From: Nanobdellota archaeon
Lineage (GTDB): Archaea > Nanobdellota > Nanobdellia > Pacearchaeales > GW2011-AR1
Reading direction: 5' to 3'
DNA length: 64,000 nucleotides
NCBI GenBank assembly: GCA_018815925.1
Contig: JAHIWS010000021.1
Coordinates: 25,641-89,640 of the forward strand
Below are positions 1-9,828 of the stretch, piece after piece. Positions within the stretch are counted from its first letter, which is position 1; every line of letters begins with the position of its first letter. The notes beneath the pieces were generated by a model, which saw only the letters and a program-made list of their open reading frames with translations, did no database searches and was not told where the DNA came from. Both the position numbers and the translations under genes were made by a program.

Positions 1-1
1 T

Positions 2-502
2 CTCAATGAAGCAGATATTTTCATAACAGCAACAGGAAACAAAGACATCATAACTCTAGAACATATGAAAAAAATGAAAAATACTTCAATAGTGTGCAAT
101 ATTGGACACTTTGATAATGAAATACAAATAGATCAATTAGAAAAATATCCTGGAATAAGAAAAATAAATATAAAACCACAAGTAGATCAATATCATTTTC
201 CTGATAACCATTACATTACAATCCTCGCAGAAGGAAGATTAGTAAATCTAGGCTGTGCAACAGGACACCCAAGTTTTGTTATGAGTAATTCTTTTACAAA
301 CCAAGTTCTAGCTCAAATCGACTTATGGAAAAAAAACTATTCTCTCGGAGTCTATATGCTTCCAAAAATACTAGATGAAGAAGTTGCAAGACTTCATCTC
401 AACCAACTTGGAGTAAAACTCACACAACTTACTCCAGAACAATCAGAATATATTGGTGTAAAACAAGAAGGCCCTTATAAGCCGGATTATTATAGGTATT
501 GA
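2..502 (+). CDS. ahcY: S-adenosyl-L-homocysteine hydrolase, C-terminal part (5' end outside window)
   Basis: Frame is open from the window edge ([21 protein letters not shown] precedes the listed Met). [33 protein letters not shown] and terminal PYKPDYYRY are AHCY hallmarks. Confidence 0.9.
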   Translation, partial: LNEADIFITATGNKDIITLEHMKKMKNTSIVCNIGHFDNEIQIDQLEKYPGIRKINIKPQVDQYHFPDNHYITILAEGRLVNLGCATGHPSFVMSNSFTNQVLAQIDLWKKNYSLGVYMLPKILDEEVARLHLNQLGVKLTQLTPEQSEYIGVKQEGPYKPDYYRY

Positions 503-543
503 ATTAACTAAATCTTTTTAAATAAATTTGTTAGTAAAATAAT

Positions 544-957
544 ATGGCAAATAATATATCAAAAGTAAAACTAACCCAATTAGTTAAAGATGGAGTTACA
601 ATTATAAATAATGTTGGGATAAAAAAAATTGATTTAGGAAAAAGACATTATAATGAAGAGGGATCATATTGTGGAGTTGGATGTGGACTTATAGATGGAT
701 TAATTATAAAATATAATTCAAAGGGATTCAAAGATTCTAGTGAGGATTCCGAAGACAATCTTCCACTTTTTAGTATATCAAGGGGCCCATATAAAAAGTT
801 AGGAATATATTCAAAATCAATCCCAGAAAAAACAAAAGAAGTTGCAGGATTTCATATTTTTTATTCTCCAGGAGACTGGGAAAAACAACTTAAGAATTCA
901 AAAGCAAAATCGGTAGCATGGTCTAAATTTGGAAAGGAGATATTAAGTAAATTATAA
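544..957 (+). CDS. hypothetical protein
   Basis: 137-aa ORF with non-repetitive composition. No motif I recognise. Confidence 0.4.
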   Translation: MANNISKVKLTQLVKDGVTIINNVGIKKIDLGKRHYNEEGSYCGVGCGLIDGLIIKYNSKGFKDSSEDSEDNLPLFSISRGPYKKLGIYSKSIPEKTKEVAGFHIFYSPGDWEKQLKNSKAKSVAWSKFGKEILSKL

Positions 958-1010
958 ATAGATAATACTTAAATAAATAACTTTTTAATTCTTATTTCCC
1001 ATTTATTTTC

Positions 1011-1616
1011 ATGAATCAACAACAAGTTTGGAATAAAATAACTCCAGAATGGAATAAATTCAGAACAATTCCTTTTCCAGAAACAATAGGTTTTTTAAAA
1101 AAACAAAAAGGAAAAATCCTAGATTTAGGATCAGGTTCAGGAAGACATCTAATAAAACTAAAAAATGGGAAAATGTATGAAGTTGATTTCTCAAAAGAGA
1201 TGATTAAACTTGCTAAAATTAAAGCAAGCAAACAGAAAATTCCTGCAGAATTTTTTATATCTGAATCAGAAAATCTTCCTTTTCAAAAGAATTTTTTTGA
1301 TGCAGGAATTTGTACCTCACTAATGCAATGTATTGACACCCAAAATAAAAGAAATAAAACAATCCAAGAACTATTTAGAGTTTTAAAACCAGGCTCAAAA
1401 GCTCTAATATCCACTTGGGATAAAAATTCATCCAGGTACAAAAATAAACCAAAAAAAGCCACAATGAAATGGAGAAACAAAGGAACAAGAACAATATATT
1501 TTTATGATGAGCAAGAACTAAAAGATAAATTAAAAAAAGTTGGTTTTAAAATCAAAACCAAAATCCCAAATAAGTTTAATATTATATTTGTTGTTGAGAA
1601 GCCTTCTCAAATTTAA
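1011..1616 (+). CDS. class I SAM-dependent methyltransferase
   Basis: Motif I ILDLGSGSGRH, downstream acidic residue (YEVDFS) and LKPGSKALIS, typical of the Methyltransf_11/25 fold. Confidence 0.75.
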   Translation: MNQQQVWNKITPEWNKFRTIPFPETIGFLKKQKGKILDLGSGSGRHLIKLKNGKMYEVDFSKEMIKLAKIKASKQKIPAEFFISESENLPFQKNFFDAGICTSLMQCIDTQNKRNKTIQELFRVLKPGSKALISTWDKNSSRYKNKPKKATMKWRNKGTRTIYFYDEQELKDKLKKVGFKIKTKIPNKFNIIFVVEKPSQI

Positions 1617-1953
1617 GAACATGTAATTTTCCATAAACCCTCTGCCTTCTTCTAAAAAGAGTTTCATCAAACTTTAGATCAAAAAAATAAAGAGATTTCT
1701 TTTTTAAAATTTCATTTAGTATTAAAAGAAGAGCATCTTGATCTTTAAAATAAAACTCTCTAACAGAACAAGAATTAGGTAAAAGAGATTCAACACCTAT
1801 GTTATTTACAAAAATAGTATTTGTTGTATTTTTCTTAATAGGATGTCCAGCAACAAAAATACTATCACATTTATAAATCATATCTTCAGGTTTTTTATTA
1901 AAACCATATAAACATTCTGGACCCTTTAAAGATATATTGCTTAAATTTCTCAT
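1582..1953 (-). CDS. hypothetical protein
   Basis: 123-aa ORF. Its 3' end overlaps the convergent methyltransferase gene by 35 nt. No recognisable motif. Confidence 0.35.
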   Translation of the reverse strand: MRNLSNISLKGPECLYGFNKKPEDMIYKCDSIFVAGHPIKKNTTNTIFVNNIGVESLLPNSCSVREFYFKDQDALLLILNEILKKKSLYFFDLKFDETLFRRRQRVYGKLHVLKFEKASQQQI

Positions 1954-1994
1954 GACTCTATTATTAATATTTATTTTTTAAACATTATTGTTAT

Positions 1995-2498
1995 TTATAA
2001 CTTCTTTTTTCCGATAACCCTTAACATATCAAAAAAAGACTTTTTCTCAAAGTCCGTTATCCTCATATCTTCAAGATTAATATTAATTTTTATTATTCCT
2101 AAACTTGAAATAAAAATTGTTCCAACTAAAATTTCTTTTTTATCAAACTTTTGCAATGAAAAGAGTAATTTTTGAATCTTTTTATAAATTTTTTCTTCTT
2201 GCATTTTTTCTTTAATCATCTTTTCAACTTCATTAAAATCAAAACTAATATTTAAATTAATCTTTTTTGGAACTTCATCTCCAATCATCTCAACAGGCAC
2301 AAAATTTTCAGACTCAAGTTGAAAACTAAATATTTTTTTATCTTTTGGTATATAAAAATCAAAATGATTTTTATTATCATTTTTTTCTAAATCAATAATA
2401 AAAAAACCACTACAAGGATATGCATCTGGAAATTCTGTAATAAATTTCTCATACTTATCTAAACTCTTAAGTTTCTCAACATAAAATTGAAGGTTCAT
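1995..2498 (-). CDS. hypothetical protein
   Basis: 167-aa ORF whose start overlaps the thrS stop by 4 nt (operon-like). No recognisable motif. Confidence 0.45.
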   Translation of the reverse strand: MNLQFYVEKLKSLDKYEKFITEFPDAYPCSGFFIIDLEKNDNKNHFDFYIPKDKKIFSFQLESENFVPVEMIGDEVPKKINLNISFDFNEVEKMIKEKMQEEKIYKKIQKLLFSLQKFDKKEILVGTIFISSLGIIKININLEDMRITDFEKKSFFDMLRVIGKKKL

Positions 2499-4186
2499 TT
2501 TCTACTAGAAATCTCTACTTTCAAACCTTTAATAAATTTATCTAATTTCACATTCTCAATTTTTTTGTTTCCTCTTGTTCTGATAGCCACACTATTACTT
2601 TTTTCTTCTCTATCTCCTACAACTAATATATAAGGAATTCTATTTAACTCAGCATCTTTAACTTTAGCAGAAACTGTTGTTGACCTTAAATCAGAATCTA
2701 ACCTAATATTAGGAATTTCCTTAATCTTTTTTATTATCTTTTCAGCATATTTTTTATTCTTATCAGTAAAACTAAGCACCCTAACTTGAGTTGGAGCTAA
2801 CCAGGTAGGAAACCTTCCATTATAATGCTCAATTAAAATACCAATAAATCTCTCCAAGCTCCCATAAATTGCCCTATGCAACATAACAGGTCTTTTTCTT
2901 TTATTGTCTTTATCAATATACTCTAAATCAAATCTTTCAGGCATTGAAAAATCCAATTGAATTGTCCCAACCTGCCATTCTCTATTTAAAGAATCCTTAA
3001 CATGAAAATCTATTTTAGGACCATAAAAAGCACCATCACCCTTATTTAATTTAAAAGTAATTTTTTTCTTTTTTAAAACTCTTTCTAAAATTTTTTCAGA
3101 TTTATCCCAAATTTTATCTAATCCTATTCTTATTTTTGGTCTTGTTGAAAGTTCTATCCTATATTTTAAATTAAATTTATCATAAAAATAACCAATAAGA
3201 TCAATAAGTGCATTAATTTCATTTTCTAATTGATCTTCAGTGCAAAAAACATGTGCATCATCTTGAATAAATTGAATAACTCTAAATAAACCAGCCAAAA
3301 CCCCACTCAACTCTTGCCTATGAACAGTTCCAAACTCTCCAACCCTCAAGGGCAAATCCCTATATGATTTGATATTTGTCCTGTAAACAAGCATACCTCC
3401 TGGACAATTCATTGGCTTAACTAAAAACTTTCTTTTTTCATACTCAGTTACAAAATTATTTTCTTTATATTTATCCCAATGGCCAGAAACAATCCATAAT
3501 TTTTTATCCATAATTTCGGGAGTAGAAATTAATTCATAATTTTCTTTTCTTAAAATCTCTTTTGAAAAATTAATTAATTCATCCCTAATAATTAATCCAT
3601 TATTATGCCAAAAAACCATTCCAGGAGCAGCTTCATTAAAACTAAATAAATCCATTTGCCTTCCAATTATCCTGTGATCATTTTCTTTTAGTTTAGAAGT
3701 ATCAAGTTTTGCTTTAGAAATTTCTCTTAAAAGTTGTTTAGAATCATATTTTTTATCATCTTCAACACCCTGAATATTTATCTCTCTACTCAACTCACTC
3801 AAAGGATGACCTTTAACTTTTAATTCAAATTCTTTATAATATCCAAAAGGTGCTCTCACAACTTTGAAATTTTTATTTAAAATCTTTTCAGCTTCTTTCA
3901 TTACATTCACTGCAACATCAGGAGAACTTAAATTTTTAGACAAATGAGCATAAGGATAAATAACAATATTCTTAACCTTAACTTGTGTTGCAATATCTTT
4001 AATCTCTTTAAAATAACTATTTACAGAATTCTTACTATCTGTTTTTTCAACAGCAGTCAAAATTACTAAACACTCTTTTACTTCCTGACCTTTTTTCTGC
4101 TTCTCACTCAGCTCTTCTACTTTTTTCAAGGCCTTTTTCAAAGGCTTAAATTTAATATAATCACAATGTAATGATAGTATTTTCAT
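2495..4186 (-). CDS. thrS: threonyl-tRNA synthetase, archaeal type with N-terminal editing domain
   Basis: N-terminus MKILSLHCDYIKFKP resembles the archaeal ThrRS editing domain. Class II motifs LFRVIQFIQDDAHVFC and HRAIYGSLERFIGILIEH are present, plus a C-terminal anticodon-binding region. GGAGGT lies 14 nt upstream of the ATG. Confidence 0.92.
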   Translation of the reverse strand: MKILSLHCDYIKFKPLKKALKKVEELSEKQKKGQEVKECLVILTAVEKTDSKNSVNSYFKEIKDIATQVKVKNIVIYPYAHLSKNLSSPDVAVNVMKEAEKILNKNFKVVRAPFGYYKEFELKVKGHPLSELSREINIQGVEDDKKYDSKQLLREISKAKLDTSKLKENDHRIIGRQMDLFSFNEAAPGMVFWHNNGLIIRDELINFSKEILRKENYELISTPEIMDKKLWIVSGHWDKYKENNFVTEYEKRKFLVKPMNCPGGMLVYRTNIKSYRDLPLRVGEFGTVHRQELSGVLAGLFRVIQFIQDDAHVFCTEDQLENEINALIDLIGYFYDKFNLKYRIELSTRPKIRIGLDKIWDKSEKILERVLKKKKITFKLNKGDGAFYGPKIDFHVKDSLNREWQVGTIQLDFSMPERFDLEYIDKDNKRKRPVMLHRAIYGSLERFIGILIEHYNGRFPTWLAPTQVRVLSFTDKNKKYAEKIIKKIKEIPNIRLDSDLRSTTVSAKVKDAELNRIPYILVVGDREEKSNSVAIRTRGNKKIENVKLDKFIKGLKVEISSRK

Positions 4187-4416
4187 AAGACGTTTTTAAC
4201 CTCCATATGATAAAACGGCTTTGACGAAAAATCTATGGTTTTTCAGTCGAATAAAATAAACATTCATTATTTATAAAACTAACCAAATATAATTTTAAAA
4301 ATAAAATCTATTAAGAACAAAACCAATCTACAAAATAATAAACTAAATTAAAAATATTTCTAAAAATCTCTACAAAACTAACTAAAAAAAATCATAGGAA
4401 AAATAAAAAAATAAAA

Positions 4417-4869
4417 TTAAGCAACTTTTCCTGCAATACTTCCACTAGATGTCAAAGGTAATGAACTTCCTGATCTTGTATAACCAACATTAATATCTCC
4501 ACTTATAGTATCTCCAGAACTTAAACCAGTACAACCAGTCCAAGTAAATACAGTTGTTTCACCAGCAGTCATATCAACTGCTACAGGAGCAGTACAAGTA
4601 CCAGTAGAAGGCTGACTAATACTCAATGTAGGAGTTACAGCTGTTATATCTTCTCCACCATTATTTCTAATTTCAACTTGTATTTGTGTAGCACTATAAG
4701 TTACTCCGACTCCATAAAATGGAGCACTAACAACTACTGAATTAGAAACTAATGTGCTAGGTCTAAAATAAATTGCAATAACAGCAATAACAATTATTGC
4801 AGCTAAAATAGCCCAACCATAGGTCATCAAAAATTCCATAGCAGCCTGACCTCTTTTTTCTTCTCTCAT
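4417..4869 (-). CDS. archaeal type IV pilin-like protein (class III signal peptide)
   Basis: N-terminus MREEKRG/QAAMEFLMTYGWAILAAIIVIAVIAI has a basic stretch, a G/Q cleavage motif, Glu at +5 and a hydrophobic helix. The C-terminal part is Thr/Ser/Gly-rich. Confidence 0.8.
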   Translation of the reverse strand: MREEKRGQAAMEFLMTYGWAILAAIIVIAVIAIYFRPSTLVSNSVVVSAPFYGVGVTYSATQIQVEIRNNGGEDITAVTPTLSISQPSTGTCTAPVAVDMTAGETTVFTWTGCTGLSSGDTISGDINVGYTRSGSSLPLTSSGSIAGKVA

Positions 4870-5023
4870 ATTTTACCTCCTTTTGATTTTTTGGTTTTAA
4901 AAACTTATATCTTAACGTAGATAATTTAGTATTTAAATCTTGTCTTTTTATTAATTTTATATTAATGAAATTTTAATAAATTAATTTCTCGTCCTTAATA
5001 ATAATTTTCAAAAATAATCTTTT

Positions 5024-5944
5024 TTAAACCCCATACTTTGTATCATGACCGTCCTCAGCATCAATCTTAAACCACGACGGCATATTAGGAACACTATCAT
5101 GTGCAACAGGATTTAAACTACTAAAATAAATATAATCAATACAAGATTTGTCACGAATAATAAGTGCTTGTGCAGAAAGATCTGGAATATTTACAAAACT
5201 CTCAATACCATTAATATTAGGGCCAATGTTTCCTTCAAACCTATCTAAAAAACTAGGTGCTTCAGAATTAGCAGCATAATAACCTTTATCAACATGATCT
5301 ACTAAACCAGTAGCATCTCCTCCAGCAGAATAAGCACCTTCATAAGGAGTCTGACTTATTTTTCTTGAAATTCTAGCATAAGTATTAATAGTAAAAAAAG
5401 GATCTTCAAAAGAAGTCACAGGAATTAAAATTGAAATTACTTGAGTCTTTTCCCATCTTGCTAAATCTGTTCTATCTTCCATTACAAAATCAGAAGTAAG
5501 AGTAATATTCACATACCAAGGATCATTTTGGCTAATATTTAAAACAGAATTATTAAGAGTTATATCCACATTTATTTTTCTTGCTTTATTATTTAAAGAA
5601 TCAACAATATCCTCATAAGTTGCTCCAATTAAAATTGTACTATTTGCCGGCACTCCTAAAATAGTTGCATTAAAAAAAGCTTCTTGAAAAAAACCATCAA
5701 TATCAGGAATATAAACTCCTGAGGAAGTTATTTGATTTTCTGCTAAAAATAAAATCCTAAATCCAGAAATATAAAGTTGTCTTTCAAGATTATCTTCAAC
5801 AGAAAATAGAAAAGAATCCATACTAGAAACCCTTGTCTTAATTGATTTGTTTTCAGAAAAATAAGAAAATAACTCAAAAGATAAAAACATCAAAGAAATT
5901 AAAAAAATTGCAATTAATGTAAAGAACTGGCCTGATTTATTCAT
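5024..5944 (-). CDS. pilus-associated protein with pilin-like N-terminus
   Basis: MNKSG/QFFTLIAIFLISLMFLSF resembles a class III signal. The start overlaps the upstream phosphatase gene stop by 4 nt. Confidence 0.5.
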   Translation of the reverse strand: MNKSGQFFTLIAIFLISLMFLSFELFSYFSENKSIKTRVSSMDSFLFSVEDNLERQLYISGFRILFLAENQITSSGVYIPDIDGFFQEAFFNATILGVPANSTILIGATYEDIVDSLNNKARKINVDITLNNSVLNISQNDPWYVNITLTSDFVMEDRTDLARWEKTQVISILIPVTSFEDPFFTINTYARISRKISQTPYEGAYSAGGDATGLVDHVDKGYYAANSEAPSFLDRFEGNIGPNINGIESFVNIPDLSAQALIIRDKSCIDYIYFSSLNPVAHDSVPNMPSWFKIDAEDGHDTKYGV

Positions 5945-6345
5945 CTTAACACAACCTCCAAACCATCAACTCTCTTTATTATTTTTTTAATTACCTCTTT
6001 AATCTTCTTAGTGTCCTTTTGATTTGTATCTGAAATTTTCCAGACAATTAATTTTTTAACTCTTCCTTTAAATAAAGATGCTGGAACATTATTTGCAACT
6101 ATCACAACAACATCTTGATTCTTTATTAACTTCTCACTAAGACCTCTTGTCCTCCTGTTGATTTTCAAACCAAATTTTTTTCCAATATCAACTAATTTTT
6201 TATTAACGGAAAACCCTTTAAAAATACCTGCACTTTTAACCCTAAATTTTTTATTGATCTTTTTAAAATAAGTCTCAGCTATTTTACTCCTAAATCTATT
6301 ATGCTTGCAAACAAATAAAATATTTTTCTTCATCTTCATCTCCAA
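5941..6345 (-). CDS. low-molecular-weight protein-tyrosine phosphatase / ArsC-like
   Basis: P-loop ILFVCKHNRFRS matches C-X5-R-S at the expected N-terminal position. About 130 aa. Overlaps both neighbours (10 nt and 4 nt). Confidence 0.7.
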   Translation of the reverse strand: MEMKMKKNILFVCKHNRFRSKIAETYFKKINKKFRVKSAGIFKGFSVNKKLVDIGKKFGLKINRRTRGLSEKLIKNQDVVVIVANNVPASLFKGRVKKLIVWKISDTNQKDTKKIKEVIKKIIKRVDGLEVVLR

Positions 6346-8873
6346 ACTCTTGCTTGAACTTCAGTCTCCCAAACAAAAGGAATTCCATTTACCTCAAATG
6401 AAGCTATTGTAAGCTCATTTTCTTCAAATTTAGTTTCTACTCTTCCATCTCCATCTAAATCCAAAGACAAAAGCAAATCATAAATAGCATAATCAATTGC
6501 ATCATTAGGATTAAACACATAACCTGCAGAAGTATAGGAACAAATTTCAGTTCCAGAATAACTAGGTGGAAAAACCATTGTTGAATTTGTCCCATCTTCA
6601 AATTCAATTGTCCATATACAACCTTTTGCAGAAGCAACAATAGGTGAAAAACCAGAAATATTTTTAGCAACAGAATAAATAATTTTATTATATTGTGACC
6701 CACTAGTAAAATTTTCAGACCCAACACCTAAAGAAACTCTTACAGAATTTTCTCCTGGTCTTACTTCACTTAAAGGGATATTAATTAAATAAGGATCTCC
6801 TAACTCAGTATAAATATCTCCATACTCTGAAAGATTAAAAATAGTGTTCCAGCCACCTAAATTATTATCATAAATTTCTACCTTACTTGTCCATCTTGAA
6901 CCAGAATAAGAAGTAACACTGACTTCATAAGGAGCAGCATCAAAAGGCAAAGAAAAATTCCCTATAGGTGCAGTACTCCCAAAAATAGGGCTTTCAGCAC
7001 TTATAAGTAATTTATGAGAAAGAGTCCTATCAAAATCAACAGAAATATAAGAACTAGGATACACCTCTGTATAAACTCCCTGAGCAACAATTGTCTGTTC
7101 AGAATATGCTGCATTAATAATCTGTTCAGCAACATCCTCATAAATATCAACTAAATCACTAACATTTCCAGAATAAAAATCACCTCCACCACAATCAGCA
7201 ATTGCCTCTGTTGTATTTTTATCTGCATCATCTCCAAAAGCAATAGCATAAACAATTATCCCATAATCATCATAAGCATCACAAGCAGCTTTAATAGCAT
7301 CATCACCAGCATCATCAGTAATACCATTATAATTTAAATCAGGTGTAACACCTTGTTTTGGGCAATGCACATTCGCTTCACCATCAGTCATAACAACAAT
7401 AGACCTAAAATTCTCAGGAACTGACTGATTATTAAGCCTATCAACTCCTTCATTAATACCACAACAAATACAAGTTCCTCCACCATCATTCCAACCAGCA
7501 ACAACATTATGAAGAGCAACAACATCATTTGAAAGATCATATGAATCACCCATCCGGACATAACCTTCATATCCAATTAATCCAACCCTATTTATAGAAG
7601 AACTTAAAACAGCATCAATAAAAACATTGTTAGCTTGCTTTGCTAAATCTAACTTAGTAGTCCAAACACCATTACAAAGAAAACCTTCACAAGTAGCCTG
7701 GTTCCAATTACAAATAAAATAAGGTGTGACAGAACACCAACCCTCACCCATACTACCAGATAAATCAGTAACAGAAAAAACATCTGCATTTCTAGTTAAA
7801 TTAAGAACATAGGAAACATTTTCCAGTCCAAATCTAAAAGGAATTGTTTTGTAATCCATACCTAAATAATCATTTAAATTATTCCTAAGATAAGCATCTG
7901 TCAAAGTATATTCAACATTTGTTCCATTTCCAGAATAAAGAGTTCTATTTCCTATAGTGAAAAAAACATTATAAGGACTAGTATAATTTAAAAACACTTC
8001 CATACTCTGCAAAAGTCCAGGAACATAAAAACTATCATAAATATTGATAAGACCTTTAATTCCAGGAAATTTAAATTTTCCATTAGTATGAATAGATTGA
8101 GATTCATTATAAATTGACTTGACAAAACCGCCTGCAATATACAAATTTTCACTAGAAGTAAAATAAAGATAATTATTATCTGTAACAAATCCAGAAGAAA
8201 TATTAAATCCAAAAGGCTCGCCTGGAGTTGCATTATAGGAAACAGCTGAGCCACCATTAACAGATAAATTAAAAGGACCTGAAAAAACAGCTTCTCCCCT
8301 AGTAAAAACAACATTTTCTCCTAAATCAAGAGTAATATTTCCATCTCCAATATAACCCCCTAAATAAAAATAACTAAATTTGTTTTCTGAAAATAAAAAA
8401 GCCCTAGAAGAAAAACCACTAGAAGAAGAATTAACATTATTATTAATTCCACTAATAATCTGCCTTGAAGTCCAAACATCTTTTGCACCACCTAAATCAG
8501 TTTCATTAGAATTTGCTATTAACATATTATTAAAATACAGACCAACATTTTCATCCAAACCCAAATCATTTAAAATTGAATTTGCTAAAATCTCTGCATT
8601 CATATCAGAATTTGCATAAAACTCCCCTATTTGTTCTAAAACACTCTGATTAAGGTTAGTTATATTACTACTAAATATTAAAGCCTGAGCTTCTGAATTA
8701 TCAAGTTCCACTATTTTTATATTTGATAATACTTCTAAAAGATCATATTGTACATTAACTTCTTGAGACACGTGTGTTGAAGAAGGCTTAATAAAAAGAA
8801 CAATACCTAGAATAATTACTAATGCTAAAAATGCATCTAAACTAAAATAATAACCTCTTCTATTTTTTCTCAT
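6336..8873 (-). CDS. large pilin-like von Willebrand factor A (vWA) domain protein, candidate pilus adhesin
   Basis: Start preferred at Met23 of the listed ORF (MRKNRRG/YYFSLDAFLALVIILGIVLFI, pilin-like). MIDAS DVFSVTDLSGSMGE and VVMTDGEAN are present. Many NxS/T sequons. Confidence 0.75.
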   Translation of the reverse strand: MRKNRRGYYFSLDAFLALVIILGIVLFIKPSSTHVSQEVNVQYDLLEVLSNIKIVELDNSEAQALIFSSNITNLNQSVLEQIGEFYANSDMNAEILANSILNDLGLDENVGLYFNNMLIANSNETDLGGAKDVWTSRQIISGINNNVNSSSSGFSSRAFLFSENKFSYFYLGGYIGDGNITLDLGENVVFTRGEAVFSGPFNLSVNGGSAVSYNATPGEPFGFNISSGFVTDNNYLYFTSSENLYIAGGFVKSIYNESQSIHTNGKFKFPGIKGLINIYDSFYVPGLLQSMEVFLNYTSPYNVFFTIGNRTLYSGNGTNVEYTLTDAYLRNNLNDYLGMDYKTIPFRFGLENVSYVLNLTRNADVFSVTDLSGSMGEGWCSVTPYFICNWNQATCEGFLCNGVWTTKLDLAKQANNVFIDAVLSSSINRVGLIGYEGYVRMGDSYDLSNDVVALHNVVAGWNDGGGTCICCGINEGVDRLNNQSVPENFRSIVVMTDGEANVHCPKQGVTPDLNYNGITDDAGDDAIKAACDAYDDYGIIVYAIAFGDDADKNTTEAIADCGGGDFYSGNVSDLVDIYEDVAEQIINAAYSEQTIVAQGVYTEVYPSSYISVDFDRTLSHKLLISAESPIFGSTAPIGNFSLPFDAAPYEVSVTSYSGSRWTSKVEIYDNNLGGWNTIFNLSEYGDIYTELGDPYLINIPLSEVRPGENSVRVSLGVGSENFTSGSQYNKIIYSVAKNISGFSPIVASAKGCIWTIEFEDGTNSTMVFPPSYSGTEICSYTSAGYVFNPNDAIDYAIYDLLLSLDLDGDGRVETKFEENELTIASFEVNGIPFVWETEVQARVWR

Positions 8874-8895
8874 TTTTTGTCTTTTTTTGATTTGT

Positions 8896-9363
8896 TCATT
8901 TCCACACAAACAATTGAAATTTAACGGGTTTATTTTCATAAATAGTCAGTCTAGTAGTCTGGATTAAATTATCTACTTCTGTAGTATTTAGTATACCAAC
9001 ATAATTTCGAGGAACTCCGCTAATCTTCATATTATTTATACTAAAATAAAAATTAAAATTTAATCCTAAGAAATTCCTTTTATCATTATCACTTAAGGCA
9101 TCAAAATTTTCTAATTTTGTTTGATTAACTTTGTTATCAGATAAAATTCCAACACCAACCTCACTTAAAATTAATTCAGAAGCTAAATTACCCTCATAAA
9201 AAAATTCATCTAACTTATCTTTTGATTGAGAAGAAAGATTTATAGCATAATAAAATAAAATAAGAAGGCCAAATAAAAAAATAATTGTTGCCACAACTAG
9301 ATCAAAACTCCAAATCTGACCTTTCTTTCCCTTAGATTTTTTAATTGATAAAAACTGTTCCAT
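8896..9363 (-). CDS. pilin-like protein (class III signal-like N-terminus)
   Basis: KGKKG/QIWSFDLVVATIIFLFGLLILFY. The start overlaps the upstream pilin gene end by 23 nt. Confidence 0.6.
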   Translation of the reverse strand: MEQFLSIKKSKGKKGQIWSFDLVVATIIFLFGLLILFYYAINLSSQSKDKLDEFFYEGNLASELILSEVGVGILSDNKVNQTKLENFDALSDNDKRNFLGLNFNFYFSINNMKISGVPRNYVGILNTTEVDNLIQTTRLTIYENKPVKFQLFVWK

Positions 9364-9730
9364 TTTGTTTTGTTATATTATTTTGCCCTTTTTGTATTGA
9401 ACCATTTACTTCTGGAATTTTATAAAAAAAGATCATATTGCCCATTGAAACATTAACAAAATCCTCTATAATACCCACCTCATATTCTTTTCCTAAAACA
9501 TTTTGAGGTATCTTAAATACTCTAAAATATCCCTCTGAAGATTCTGAAGCAAGACTAATTTCATCTCTTACACTTAATGCAATATTCTGCAAAAGTAATT
9601 TTTCTTTTTCTTTATTTTTCTCATTCATATTGTTTTGAATAACCCCTAAAAAAGTCACAAAAAAGATTAAAACAAATCCTATTAAAACTAAAAATTCTAT
9701 TGCACCTTGGCCTTTTTTAATAAAAAACAT
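9341..9730 (-). CDS. archaeal type IV pilin-like protein
   Basis: MFFIKKG/QGAIEFLVLIGFVLIFFVTF has a G/Q site, Glu+5 and a hydrophobic helix. Confidence 0.75.
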   Translation of the reverse strand: MFFIKKGQGAIEFLVLIGFVLIFFVTFLGVIQNNMNEKNKEKEKLLLQNIALSVRDEISLASESSEGYFRVFKIPQNVLGKEYEVGIIEDFVNVSMGNMIFFYKIPEVNGSIQKGQNNITKQNGTVFIN

Positions 9731-9798
9731 ATAATCACCTCTTAAAAATATTAGGCAAAGGAATATATAAAATTAAGTATTTAAAATTCCAGAGATAA

Positions 9799-9806
9799 TT
9801 TTATAT
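9799..9806 (+). promoter_or_regulatory. TATA-box-like element (TTTTATAT) 30 nt upstream of ATG 9829
   Basis: Same spacing as at several other genes in the window. Confidence 0.4.
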
Positions 9807-9828
9807 ATCTTACAATATTTTAAAAGAT

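Noticed and set aside
4223-4248. Hairpin GAC(U)GAAAAA-loop-UUUUUCGUC in the thrS 5' leader, considered as a tRNA-Thr anticodon-arm mimic (E. coli-style autoregulation).
   Set aside because: The loop sequence (CCAUAGA on the mRNA strand) has no resemblance to the tRNA-Thr anticodon loop UUGGUAA. The stem is A/U-rich and short, and is plausibly fortuitous.
8874-8939. Listed N-terminal 22 codons of the vWA protein ORF.
   Set aside because: They overlap the end of the upstream pilin-like gene. The internal Met yields a canonical basic, hydrophobic prepilin-like N-terminus.
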